From the NCBI RefSeq assembly GCF_018977255.1, contig NW_024704742.1:248001-312000 (forward strand): a stretch of 64,000 bases of DNA, in the 5' to 3' direction. The translations under genes were made by a program, and so were the position numbers. Source of the DNA: Callorhinchus milii (taxonomy: Eukaryota). This document shows positions 12,628 through 24,860 of this stretch, one piece after another (position 1 is the first letter of the stretch; the number at the start of each line of letters is the position of its first letter). A model generated the notes under the pieces. That model was not told the origin of the DNA. It ran no database searches and saw nothing but the letters and a program-made list of their open reading frames with translations.

Positions 12628-13530
12628 TCAATCCTAACAGCAAGATCCCATAAAAATCTTTTTTCAGAAAAGCAATTTGCCCTTTGTAAACAATTAAAAC
12701 TGAATTTGCCAAATCATAAGGAAACAAAAATTGACATGATTTTAATATGTTTAATGAGGCTAGCTTGTTGGTTTGCCTACTAAGCATTCTAAAGAACTGC
12801 AGCCGAGACTGGTGTGTAGAACCCTCATTCTTTGCTACGACTCCTTAATTTCATTTCAGCCATCAGTAGAGCTGTGGAGTAGAGGGGAGACACTTCCCTG
12901 GAGTCCAACAAGGGAAACAGCAGTGTGCTGCCACCTTTTAAAAGTTAGTCAAAGGGTGATATTTTAGGAATTTGTCTCCAGGGACTGATGGATTTTGTAA
13001 AGGATCTAAAGAAGGTGGAAATACAGAGATGAAAATAGCAACATGTGATTTTATTTGATATAGTGCTTTATAATGCCGTTGAAACGTCTCAAAGTGTTTC
13101 ACAGAATATATTGTAAAGTGGATTGACTGTTTATTTTGTGGATGAAACGCTACCATTGAGAGATGCCTCACAGTGGTGTAGGTAGTAAGGGTTGGGGCCG
13201 GTGGGGAGAACTGCCTTCCCTGTAGGCCTTTAGGTATGTGTGGTGCCTTTTCAAGCATATTATGCAATTGCCAATTGAATGCGTGCTGGCGATCGCCTGG
13301 AGTGCGTTTAAAACAAAAACTTGATTATTTCCGGCTGACTTTAAGAGCCTGTGTGGGAAGTGAATGGCATGTTGCTCCCAGTAGAGTTGATACATGTGTT
13401 TCACAATATCTAAAATATTTAAAATACTGCTGAAACACTACTCCATAACAACAACTTGCATTTATGTAGCGCCATTCACACAGGATAGTGTCTCGAAGCG
13501 CAAGGCAGGTTTCCCCCTAACATGCCTTAC

Positions 13531-13726
13531 CTCAATTTCCTGATATGAGCTGTTGATCATGGCAATCAGCATGTTGAGCAGGACAACAACCATAGTAACA
13601 TTGTATATTCCATATAAAACATAGCCAATGTTCTCAATGAATTTGTGGTCGTACTTGAGTACGACAGAAGATACTTCAGACAAACCAAAGATAGACCAAA
13701 ACAATGTCTTGAAGCTTTCTTCAACT
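13531..13726 (-). CDS. TRPC3: TRPC3 exon 8 (pore helix and S6; [18 protein letters not shown]...SYQEIE)
   Basis: gatccccag|A ... GAG|GTAAGG; 196 nt; LFW motif. Confidence 0.96.
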
Positions 13727-15217
13727 CTGGGGATCGCAACAGATTAGAATTGAATGTTAACAAATCCCCCTGTGACAGCAAACACATTACTATGTTCCTA
13801 ACCTAAAGCACATTTAGAAAGGTGAGAGCTCAACATTGGAACAAGCGGCAGGCAAAGATATTCCCATTAACCAAAAGCAATTTTATTCCCCCTCTGGATA
13901 AATTTGTAGTTACGCTGACTTGACCGTGATTCTCTCCTGTGAAAGTCATAATGCATCAAGAACAGTGGGTGCTCTGACATGTGTCTGCGCTGACGGATGG
14001 TACCAGACCAAACCCAGAATCAGAACTGAATTTAAAAAAAACTGTTTATCAATCGAAACAGCATATATTACTTAACGATAATACCCAGCAGTGATTTCAA
14101 GGATGTAACCTGAAACTTAAATGATGGTTATAAATCATTACAAGAAAGCTATTATCTACTCTTTGCTTTTTGTGTGTATAACTTTGCAGTTATATCTGTA
14201 AGTATATTGATAAACTTGATATTTTTCTGCTTTTTTTTACATTTCCCCATGTTACACACCATTAAGAAGAAGTACAGGTAGTTTGTTTTCCAGGACACCA
14301 ATATCAATCTAAAGCTAATCACAAGACGTACACAAAGAGGCAGCCAGTGCTAATTGTTCCTCTGATATTTCTCTCCCACCATGTGGAGAACTGTATCGCC
14401 TCTGCTTGCTACCTCCCCAGCATTCAACCACTCAGATTGGGAACGTAAAGTGAGGGGAAGTGGAGGCAAACAATGCATAAAATGTTAACTACCTGTAGCT
14501 TGCATTTTATTTATTGTATTTGTTTTTAAATTTTATGCAGCTTGGGTGCAAACCCTTAGCTGATCAGCGCTTTGGGATGTCCTTCTGACGTGAAAAGCGC
14601 CACACAAATATAATTTATTGCTGTTGTAGCTAAATAAGGATCTGAGGGGTCAAGGTGATGTCATAAACAGTGAGAGTGAAGCACAAAATATTGCACAATT
14701 CATGATAAAAGTAGCCCAAATTGACAATTTTAACTCAGATGTTGGAATCTGAAGGATATGGCAATACTCTCCCCTGAGGTTGCAGTTAAGGCAGTGGAGC
14801 GGGAGTTTATCTTGTATCTAATCAAACTTATATGTGATATTGAGGACCGACCACACTGACATGCCTCACTTCTGATGAGCATGGATTTTTTGCGGGCAAT
14901 CTCTCTTTATGCATCAGATTTCTCAGAGTGTCAACAAATTGGTAATGTGAAAAAGCACGTGCCAATGTGTTGCACCATGACTGGTAGATTATAGGTTCAT
15001 TCCCCACCCTGCTGGTTCTCCAATTTTATCTTTGTCACCTTGGCAAGACACAAGTCAAAGACTGATACGGTGAAATCAGAGGTACAATCACTCCAGCCAA
15101 ACATGTGCAACCTTAGCAGTTAATTAAGAGTGGCACCATGCAGAAAGCAGGCCTCTGCCATCTCTCTTGCACACTTGACATAAATTGAATAAAAGTAGTG
15201 ACGATGTTTGTACTCAC

Positions 15218-15482
15218 GTTGTGAAGGCTGGATTGACTTTTGCACCAAGGTAGTAGGAATACAGGATAAACATCCCAATCATGAAAGCAAGAAACACCAT
15301 TATAAAAATCACCATGAATTTGAATATGTCTTTCACTGTCCTTCCGAGGGAAATTTGTAATGGACCAAAGCTTTCGTTTGCAGGCAGGATATAAGCGATT
15401 CGTGAAAAACTAAGGACAACAGCTATTGCATAGAGGCCTTCAGATATGATCTGAGGATCGGAGGGAACCCATTTATCTCTGG
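15218..15482 (-). CDS. TRPC3: TRPC3 exon 7 (S4-S5; [19 protein letters not shown]...NPAFT)
   Basis: ttttatatag|CC ... AC|GTGAGT; 265 nt. Confidence 0.96.
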
Positions 15483-16378
15483 CTATATAAAAAAAAGACA
15501 AATTGTTACCAAGAGAATTTGCTGTTTAAAATCATCTATTTCAAATCAATGGAGGTTTTAGTTCTTTCAGAAAATTAGCACCATTGCTGAACTACATCCC
15601 AATAAAATTTACCACATTGAAATCTACTATTTACAATAAAAATTAATGGAAGTACAGAGAATAACCGATAGTCAGAGGTAGTAACACAAATGCTAACAGA
15701 CAGCAGTGTTAGTGATCACAAATATAGAAGTGTGGGACAAAATGCAAAATGTATGTGATGGGGAGCAGCACAGATCAGGTTAAGATCAGGAGCAAACATT
15801 GAAGAGAGTAAGGGAGTACATCAATTCCATCTGAATTCCAAGATGTGTTACTGCCTTTAAGTACAGTCTTAGTGGTGGAAGAGGCATAGATGTTGACTTC
15901 AGTGTTGAGACAGACTGGCAGAATCCATATTGTTGAGCCATACAAACAGCAGTCAGTGTGTTTCTTCACTGGGTAATAAGATGTAATGAGAGAAGAGACA
16001 GATGCAAACATAAACAGAGAGACAGGCAACACGATTAGAAGAGTGCAGTGCTGCAGCCTATTGTCTGTGGTACACAGTCTTGTGACAGACACACATTTGA
16101 AAGAGGCTGTGTATGTTGTTCTCAGTTTTTTTACGAAGCAGCTGTCGACTTTTCTGTCAAGTGAAAGTTTTGTGACACTGGTGATAGCAGTGAAGCAGAT
16201 GTGACACAGTTCCTAACAGTGGGAGACAGTTTTTTCAGGACAGTAGATAACATGGAAATGACTAGGACTGAATTACAAAGCCCTGAGATGTTCAGCTGAC
16301 AGAATAAACTACAAATCTAACTCACTGAAAGATATCCTTGGTTCTCAGCCACAGGCCACATCTGAAGGGAGATGCTGC

Positions 16379-16726
16379 CACCTCCTAACACCCTACCAAC
16401 TCACCCGCTTCCTCCGCTCAGCCGGCTCTGGCTGCTCCACATCCCCCAACCCACCCGCCCCACCATTGGCGGGAGAGCCTTCAGCCACTCTGCCCCCAAC
16501 CTCTGGAATTCATCCCCCAGTCACTCCGCCTCGCCCCCTCCTTAGCCTCCTTCAAGTCCCGCCTCAAGACTCTCCTCTTCGACCACGCCATCGGCCACCC
16601 CCCTTCCCCTCCCCTCCTTTCCCCCCGCTGACCCCAGCTCGGGTCTGAAATGCTGTACACTGTCCAGTGCCTTGGGACGTCCTCCTGAAGTGAAAGGTGC
16701 TATACACATGTAATCTTGTTGTTGTT
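16379..16726 (+). mobile_element. L2 LINE 3' fragment
   Basis: Homologous to about 37400-37750; ends in a TTGTTG tail. Confidence 0.9.
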
Positions 16727-18404
16727 TTACCCACGATATACTTTATTTATATAATTTAATTTAGAGACTTTATTGAGAGACATTATCAAAAGCTTGTGCA
16801 ACCTCAGCAATTCGCATGTAAAAGTGATCATGATAAGTGCACACCTGTTCGATCAGTGGCTCCCTGCCCCAATTCCTTTCTCTGTGGCTAAATTCCTCAT
16901 GCATTGAAAGTCACGTATTTTGGGTTCAATATTAACAACGTATCTCCTTTGGTCCAATACACAGGTCAGATATACCCACAATACAATACAAATTACATTG
17001 GTGTAGCGCCGTTCATGTTGGGAGAACATCCCAAGACCCTGGACAGTCAGGCGCTCAGAATCTTTGATGCTCCCATTCCCCGGTCGCTTGGGTGTCCAGC
17101 GAGCAATGGCGAGCACTTTGCGATGCCCTCCAGGCACTATATAAATGTAAATTAGTACTGTACCCTTTGAGCTGCTTTCCTTCACTCCTTATGTGCATAT
17201 TTCCTCTCCCCACCCAAGGCATTTTTCTCTGTAAAATAAATACACTGTCCACTCCTTACTGCTTTTTTCATTAAGAGATTCCAGGAATACTATTAGAAGG
17301 CCAAGATATTCCAGTTTTCTCTCATTCTGAGCAGTTTCATAGAGTATAGGCTGTTCGGCGGATAGATTTTTGATCTGTGCACCTCAGTTTCCTTCAGAAT
17401 CTTTCCCCCTCCCCCCACCACAAGCAATCCATTTCTGCTGCGTTTGTACGCGTGTTTACCAAACTGAGAACTTAAGAGAAAACTTAGAAGCAATTCTGCA
17501 TAATAAACAAACAAACCTGGAATCAATGGACATAAGTTAGAATAATATTGTAATGTTAAAATACTCTACTGTACAACAAGATCAATCTGTATATTTGTAT
17601 ATCATATGAATTGTAATGTAGTAATGTTCTTACACTGACCAATGAAGGAAAATAATATTTTTGTATTGTACAATATTTTTCATACTTATCTAAGCATCTT
17701 TTTTATGCTCAAGAGTTTTAGGCAATTCTGTGTTAAGATCCTTGTTTGTTTCTTTAAATGGGTAATGCCTTTACACAAAGGATTCAGCAAATCTTATTTG
17801 AGGGGAAGGAAAGCCAGAAAAGTCAAGCTCCAATTTTGTTTAAACTACTATCACAGCAAATCGACATTTTATGAGGAAATAAAAAAGTCTGACAAATATC
17901 TCTCAGGATGATTTGTTATAATGTGTGATTTCTGTTTTAGAAGATAAAAATGACAGTAAAACACCCCTTCACTGCCATGATTTTGAACCGTGTTGGCAGC
18001 ATTTCTTTTCAAGAGCCTTTTACAGGTATAAACTGAAATCCTTACACACTTAAACATAGTTTATTGCCTTTTTCCAGCACCAGCGTTTATAACTATTGTC
18101 CCATGGCAATTTGACAGCCCGATCCAATGATAATTCACTGCAATGTGGTTTAAAGAAAACATATTCACTCTGTTTCTTCCGAGTGGTCAATTCCAAATTC
18201 TCTTTTATGAGTTGCTTGTGAGAAGAATTTAATATCACACCATTAGCTCTATATTACATATTTGCTTTCACCTGAACAAAAGGTCACTGCCTTTCACATA
18301 TATCAACATACAGTACCTCTTTTCAGAATACATGTTCACTAGGGAGTTCTTCTCAAACACTTATTTTATTTCTGGAGTTTGTATTCTTTCACTAGCCACG
18401 TGAT

Positions 18405-18728
18405 ATAATAATAATAATAATAATCCTTGCATTTGATATAGCGCTTTTCACGTCGGGAGGACGTCCCAAAGCGCTTCACAGAACACACTGTAAAGTGAAT
18501 TGACTGTATATTTGTGGGCGAACGCGGCAGCCAATTGCGCACAGCAATGTCCCACAAACAGACGTAGATTGAAAATGACCAATTTATTATTGTTTTGTTT
18601 TGGAGGGATTATTATTAGGCTCTGTGTGGAGTAAGGAAACTTGCCCGAGGTTTCGCCCTCTGCCTGGAATTGAACTCAGGTCTCTCACTTGCAAAGCGAG
18701 TGCTCTAACCACTGAGCTACAGGACTCC
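18405..18728 (-). mobile_element. Young tRNA-derived SINE, full length
   Basis: A box TAGCTCAGTGG, B box GAGTTCAATTCC, GGGCAAGTTTCCTTACTCC body, L2-like tail and (ATT)n; nearly identical to the 34.9 kb copy. Confidence 0.92.
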
Positions 18729-19999
18729 ACGGTATCGATATGGTTTCAGAAACCTATTTACTGTGGTTTCCTACTCTTAAATCAGACGCAGTGGAGTAGG
18801 GATCAAATCAGTGGCTGACTTATTTTATGGATGTTTCAAGTTGACATGAAACTAACAAGTGGGCGATTGGAAAGCGGAATTGGGAGCTTTGGGAAGCTTC
18901 TCAATGCCCTGATGGTTCAGAGAGACCTTTTTTGGCAACCATGAAAAATATGAAACACAAAATCTATTTGGACAACGAACCCAAAGAAATCGTGAAAATT
19001 TAGACTTACAAAATATTAGAATTTGCAATCAGACACAAGCTTGAGACGTGTAATCTCAATACAGTACCACACTTGCTTCTCTGGAGACTCGGCACAATCA
19101 TGTTAATGCAGAATTTATCTTTTGCCTGATGTGCCTCAGCCGTGATGCTGGTACCTTCTGACAGGAGCTATAAATGACTTAACCATTTGCTTCACCTGTA
19201 CAGGCACCAAGCTTCAGTGAAGTTCCACTCACAAAGAATATTGCAGCTTCAAAACACAGTTACTTCCTCGCTTTCCTACTAAGGAGTTTCCAAATTGCTG
19301 AAATCATGATCGAATGTCACTAATGGTTAACCATTTGTTGTACAGCCTCCGAAGAAAACAACATGGAGGGTAAAAGTGGAAGGGGCTAACAGTTGCTCAA
19401 TAATTGGGCTCCCAACCAGATGGTCACAGACTCAATACCAGCTAGTTTTACATTGAAAACAATCTCCACAGCTGGGATAAATATCACATTTTCTTGTACA
19501 TTAGGTTCAGTCTGACTCTGTGCCTCTACTCTGTCTTCCTGTTAGAGCTTCATAGAATGGCACCACCAGTAGTTCTTGAAGCATTCTGTGCTAAGGATAA
19601 TCAGATAATCCTCATGATAATTTTTCTTTGCAATATCAAAGCAAGATTTGGCTTATTGTACTTATTTTGGGCCTTTCAGTAATTACTCCCCCCTCTGCCG
19701 ACCGACCCACTGCACTGCACTTGAACTACTCTTGAGTCAGAATCAATAATGACCCTGAGATGCCCAAATACCTCCAAAATATGTTTAATGGTACCTGATT
19801 AGTGGATCTCAGGCACTTTCTGATCACCAAATAGCAGAACATTTATGGAAATGATATCTGACTATCTACTGCCTATCTGATTTAGACTAATATAGTTACT
19901 GCCGAGGTTTTTAATTCACAAGCATAGGGTAATATATCTATATAATCCAGTTGATAAGTAAGTGACTTTGTGAACCCCATTTGTGCAGAGTTGTCTTAC

Positions 20000-20233
20000 C
20001 ATAAGTGAAGTATTCAATTTCTGGAGGCAGCGTTACAAGAGACAGATCACTCTCCTGAACGTGCTCATCTACATACTGCTGTGCTTTGGAAGCTTCCAGA
20101 AATGCCATAAACCTCGCTGTAAACGCTGCTATAAAAATCGACAGCATTCCGAAATCTAAGACGTTCCACATTTGGAATATGTATTCCCGTGGCCCTTCTA
20201 TCCAGATTTCCTTACACTCTGACCACATCATAC
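20000..20233 (-). CDS. TRPC3: TRPC3 exon 6 (GMMWSECKEIW...EIEYFTY)
   Basis: tttgcag|GT ... TATG|GTAAG; 234 nt. Confidence 0.96.
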
Positions 20234-20408
20234 CTGCAAAGAAAATAATTAATAATAATAAAAATAATCCTTACAATTGATATAACGCCTTTTCACACCG
20301 TCGAGATGTTACAAAGCGCTTCATGGGAAGAATTATATATTAAAAATATGTAGTCCCCGTCGCTCAATTTAATAAAGAAAAGGAATCCCCAGAAGGCAGA
20401 CAGCTTAC

Positions 20409-20625
20409 CTAGCACCCACACCATGATTAACATTTCAGTCCAGGTAAACATGGTAGTTTTCATTCTGAAGACTTGTTTAGGGTAATCCGTAACAGTAACG
20501 TTGGGTAAGGTTTTGATGCCTTCAAATCTGTCAGAGGCATTAAATACTAGTAAACACAGAAAGATGATGAAGGATGCTGCATGCATCACAAACTTCATGA
20601 AGGGACTTCTCAGAATCTTCCCCAG
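20409..20625 (-). CDS. TRPC3: TRPC3 exon 5 (S1-S2; [12 protein letters not shown]...IMVWVL)
   Basis: ttccttctag|CTG ... CTAG|GTAAG; 217 nt; contains the NVT glycosylation sequon. Confidence 0.96.
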
Positions 20626-22336
20626 CTAGAAGGAAAAATTAACATTTGTATCTGTGGTGTAAATACGAACTGAGTATCAGTTATTGGATGTAGCAGAAAG
20701 TGTCATCTCACATCAAGGGGATTTGTTTAACTGTCTGCTACACCACTGGCTATTTGCTGTCGAGTTTCACACCAGTGAGTTCATGACTTCACTGAACATC
20801 AATGAACCTTAGATTTCAACACATCTACATTCTCGATCTCTCCAGTCAGGTAAGAAAAATCCATTTCCTCTGTCTTGACATGAATTTTACCTGTTGCCCA
20901 AATAAAATCAAAAGATTGCAACCAAAAACTAAGGCCTTGGGCAGTCTGTGAATTGCTCTTCAGTAATTCATTTGGCCCGACTGCGCTGTGTCTTGTAGAT
21001 GAACACAGGGCAGTCAGTGTTCATTATGGTATGTATGGGCTGCTTTTATACCACTTCTTTTGTAAGTAAACATACTAGGATTCAATACATGGAAATTTCG
21101 AATCCGATTCATTAATGGAGGGGAAAAAAAACATCTGGCTAATGTACAGCAACTCCACTCAGATACGTTTCCCTAACATTCGTGACATACTTCCTACTTA
21201 GGGAAACGGTACTCAATCTGTTCCTTAAAGAAGCCCATCGGAAATCAATACGTATTAGACTCTTATAGCTCGGTTAAAACAAAAGTAACAGCAGAGACAA
21301 TTTGCATCAACAAAAGGGAAAATATGTTTGTTTCAAAGACCAGAACGAAACAGCCATCTAAATTGGATAATAGTCCACCCTCTGTCATAGGCTATTTTCA
21401 AATAATTGTTGCTTTAGCTTACATGGCTGCTTCTACATGCACATCAGCTCAATACACAAAGCTTTCCTGGATTGTCATGTGAATAACATCCTGCCCGCAT
21501 CTCAGATTTTCCTGGTAATATATTTTATTTCTTTGTTTCATGCCTGACTGTCATATAGCCTGTTATTTCACTCACTTTGGTTTGCTCAATGGAAAACACA
21601 TCTTAAGTCCCATTGGGTATAATTTTTTTCTGAAACTGCTCACTTCACTGAATGCAACAAAATCACAAGGGTGTTAAAATGTCAACTTCACTTGCTGGAT
21701 AAATATTGCATCCTGCGGGGTGTGATAGAGAAAGTAACCCCAAAACAGCACATCCAGATGCAACAAAGCAGCAGGGTAACAGAACACGTTTACAAACAAA
21801 CAAGAAAGTAACCTGTTTACACAGAAAGTAATCGAGAGATGCAACATGTTAGCAGAAAGGAGGATTGTTTTCATGTCACTGATTCATTTAAGAAGCTGTT
21901 CAGTGCTCTAATGGGAAGACAGCACTAATGATATTGTGGAAGGATGAGATCAAGTGGGCCACGTAGGACCTCTCTTACAATCTTGTGTTTTCTTTAGGTT
22001 CCATGGTTCACAATATTTGTAAGGGGTTGGTTCATCATCAAAATCCCTTCAAATATGAAATAGGTTTCAAGTAATTATGATTAACCCTAGAAGAAGAATT
22101 CAAGCAAGTACACCATAAATCCATCCCATTCAATATTCCACTAGATTCACTCTATATCTAAATCTAAAAACCCTGACTTCTCTTGGTTGACAGGACCTAG
22201 TCCAGTTTATTTTTGAAATTATTTGTAATTTCTTATTCCATTGCCTGTGCTGGTAGTCTGTTCCGCTTTGCCCATCAATCCTTTGACAAGAAGCATCTCC
22301 AGCATTTCCTGCTCATTTGTTTTGTGAACCAGAAGT

Positions 22337-22515
22337 GTGTCAGCTCAGTTAGCAGCACTCTCATCTCTGCAAAGTCCCACATCGGGACTTTGAACTCAAA
22401 GTCTAGGCTGATACTCTAATACAGTGCTGGGGGTGTATTGTATTCTTGGAGGTGCTGTCCTTTGGATAAGATGTTAACCTGAGGTCCGTACGTCTGTTCA
22501 GGCGGATATTAAAGT
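22337..22515 (+). mobile_element. Deu-type SINE 5' fragment
   Basis: GGAGGTGCTGTCCTTTGGATAAGATGTTAACCTGAGGTCC...TCTGTTCAGGCGGAT. Confidence 0.65.
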
Positions 22516-22559
22516 TATATAATAGTATAATAATGTTTGCATTTGATATAGCGCCTTTC

Positions 22560-22965
22560 AGTTCCATTTACTTACCCTTTTCCAAAACCTCTGTAGTTGA
22601 TTCCTTTCCTAGAAATGTCTCGGAATCTCCCCATTTGCTTATTTGTTAATTTAAATGAATGTCCTCTATTTGGTGACTTATGGACAAGTGGAAATATTTT
22701 TTCCCTATTGACGATCAAAACTTCACCATTTTAATGCCTTTACCGGGTCACCCCTCAAACTTCTTTATTCTGTTCCTCCAGTTTCCACTCAGGCCAAACC
22801 ACTCATTCCTGCTGTCATCCGAGCAAATCTCCTTGACATTTTTCCTAAAGTGGGGTGACCATTACTGGACAAAATATTCTGAGGTTTAACAAACAATTTA
22901 TACAAGTCAAGCATTACCTCTTTGCTTTTATATTCTACACTCCTATTTATAAAACCCAGAATATG
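22560..22965 (-). mobile_element. CR1 RT fragment
   Basis: ILGFINRSVEYKSKEVMLDLYKLFVKP. Confidence 0.85.
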
Positions 22966-24344
22966 TGTAAATTGGCGGTTGCATTCACCTACAGTCATTA
23001 CTCTTTACGGTAAGGCTGAAGCACTTTAAGATATGTTGACGTGATAAAGCTCTATATCAAATTCAAGGATTATTTAAAAAGACAAGAAACAGGCTAGACG
23101 TACGAGAAGCACCAATTATGAGATGAATAGAATTGGACAAGGAGAGTATTAATAGCATGAAAATTATACTGGAGGAATATGAATTACACAAGGATTACAC
23201 AGAGAATATCAATGGCATAACAATTACCTGGGGAGTATAGGAATTGCAGCAGATTTCACTGATAGTGTTTGAATACATGATTGTTTCATCAGGGATAGCA
23301 ACACTTATTTGAAACTTTACAGTCATCCACGTGATCCGTAAAACTCCCAGGGTATTTTTCACGGTTGTTACAGCCAGTGCAGTGGGAACGAACAAAATGT
23401 GGAAGAGAGATTCCATTTTTTTTCCTCCTTCATTCGTGAAGTGTCAGTCAGGGTAACGCTACAAACTCTCCCTTATTATCCTCTGTGAGCTGCGAGTGGC
23501 TCTGCCAGATTTGTTGAATACCTCAGCAGGGATGAGCTTTTGAATTCCTGGATTGAACACCAGGTTCAGAATGAAATAAATCTATAAATCCAAACCTTCG
23601 GCAATTTTCCTGCCTTGAAAACTTTTTTCTTTGAATCTAGTTTATGCTTTTTAAAGAATCCTTACTTATTGTCAGACTTGCCTTAACATTGCATCTGTAT
23701 AGTATTTATTTCAGATCAACACTGCACTGGTTCAGCTCTAAATTTATAATCGTAATCCTTGCATTTGATATAATAACAATATAGCGCGTTATCACGTCAT
23801 TAAGATGACTCAAAAGCTTCAAGAATATATTTTAAAGTGGATTAACTGTGTATTTTGGAGGCGAAACCCGGCAGCCAGTTGTGAATCGCAACATCCCACA
23901 AACAATCGTGGATTGAAATTTATGTTCATTTTAGAAGCAAATAGTCTAGTTTTAGCATATAATTGTTTTATTTTCTGCACTTTTTTTTCATTTTAGGTCC
24001 ATCACATACCATGTACTTTTCCCCAGCAGAGAAGGTGGCCAGTAACTTGGGATGATACCAGGGATGTACTTTGACCTGTGAGCAGAGATAGCAGCAATTG
24101 GCCTACATTTCTTGGAACAGAGAGAAGACCTGACAGACAGCTTTACAATTATAAGGCATTTTGATAGAGTTGATAGGGAGAAATTATTTCCACCGGTTGG
24201 TGAGTCAATGACTAGCGGGCATTAATTTAAGATAATCATCAAAGGAGCAACATGAGTTTTAGACTATCTGAGAGTCGGTTTTATCCATCTTACGGCAAGA
24301 AGCAAGTTGAAATATCGAGGTTGAAAAAATGCTTTCAAATAACA

Positions 24345-24860
24345 TCAGTTTTCCATTTATACAGCGTCACACAAGTCAGGAGGACATCTCAAAGCGCTTC
24401 ACAGAACCAACTGGGAGCTCGAGCTGGGGTGGGAGGAGGTGAGGAAGGAGGAAAGGGAAAGGTGACCAAAAATGCAGTTGAAAAGAAAGTCTTAAGGCAG
24501 ACTTTAAAGATGGGGGTGGGGGGGGAAGGGGAGAGACTACAGGATGGAGTTTCAGAGAGCGGGGGCAGAATAGTTTAAAGTTTGCCCATGGAGTGTGGAG
24601 CAGGTTGGGCGGGAGACATGAAGCAGGCCAGTATTCGCTGGGCAGAGGGAGTGGCCGAGGTGTAGGAGGTAGCAGAGATAAGGTGGGCGAGGGTGTAAAC
24701 ATGAGGACAAGGAACTTTAATTCAATCCGCAGGGCAATGAGGAGCTGAGTGGAGCTGAGCGAGGATGAGGCATGATAGGCTCACGGAGTTTGGTAAAGGA
24801 GAGGACATAAGATGCAGATGGTCTGCAGCTTGTGTTGAGAGGAGTTTGAAGTCCAACTCA
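24345..24860 (-). mobile_element. L2 LINE 3' fragment
   Basis: Diverged reverse complement of the 37.1 kb L2. Confidence 0.8.

Noticed and set aside
18366..18557. Recurrent MWDIAVRNWLPRS...DYYYYYY ORF (also at 34848, 56686, 61839)
   Set aside because: SINE tail and (ATT)n translated by chance; not a gene family.
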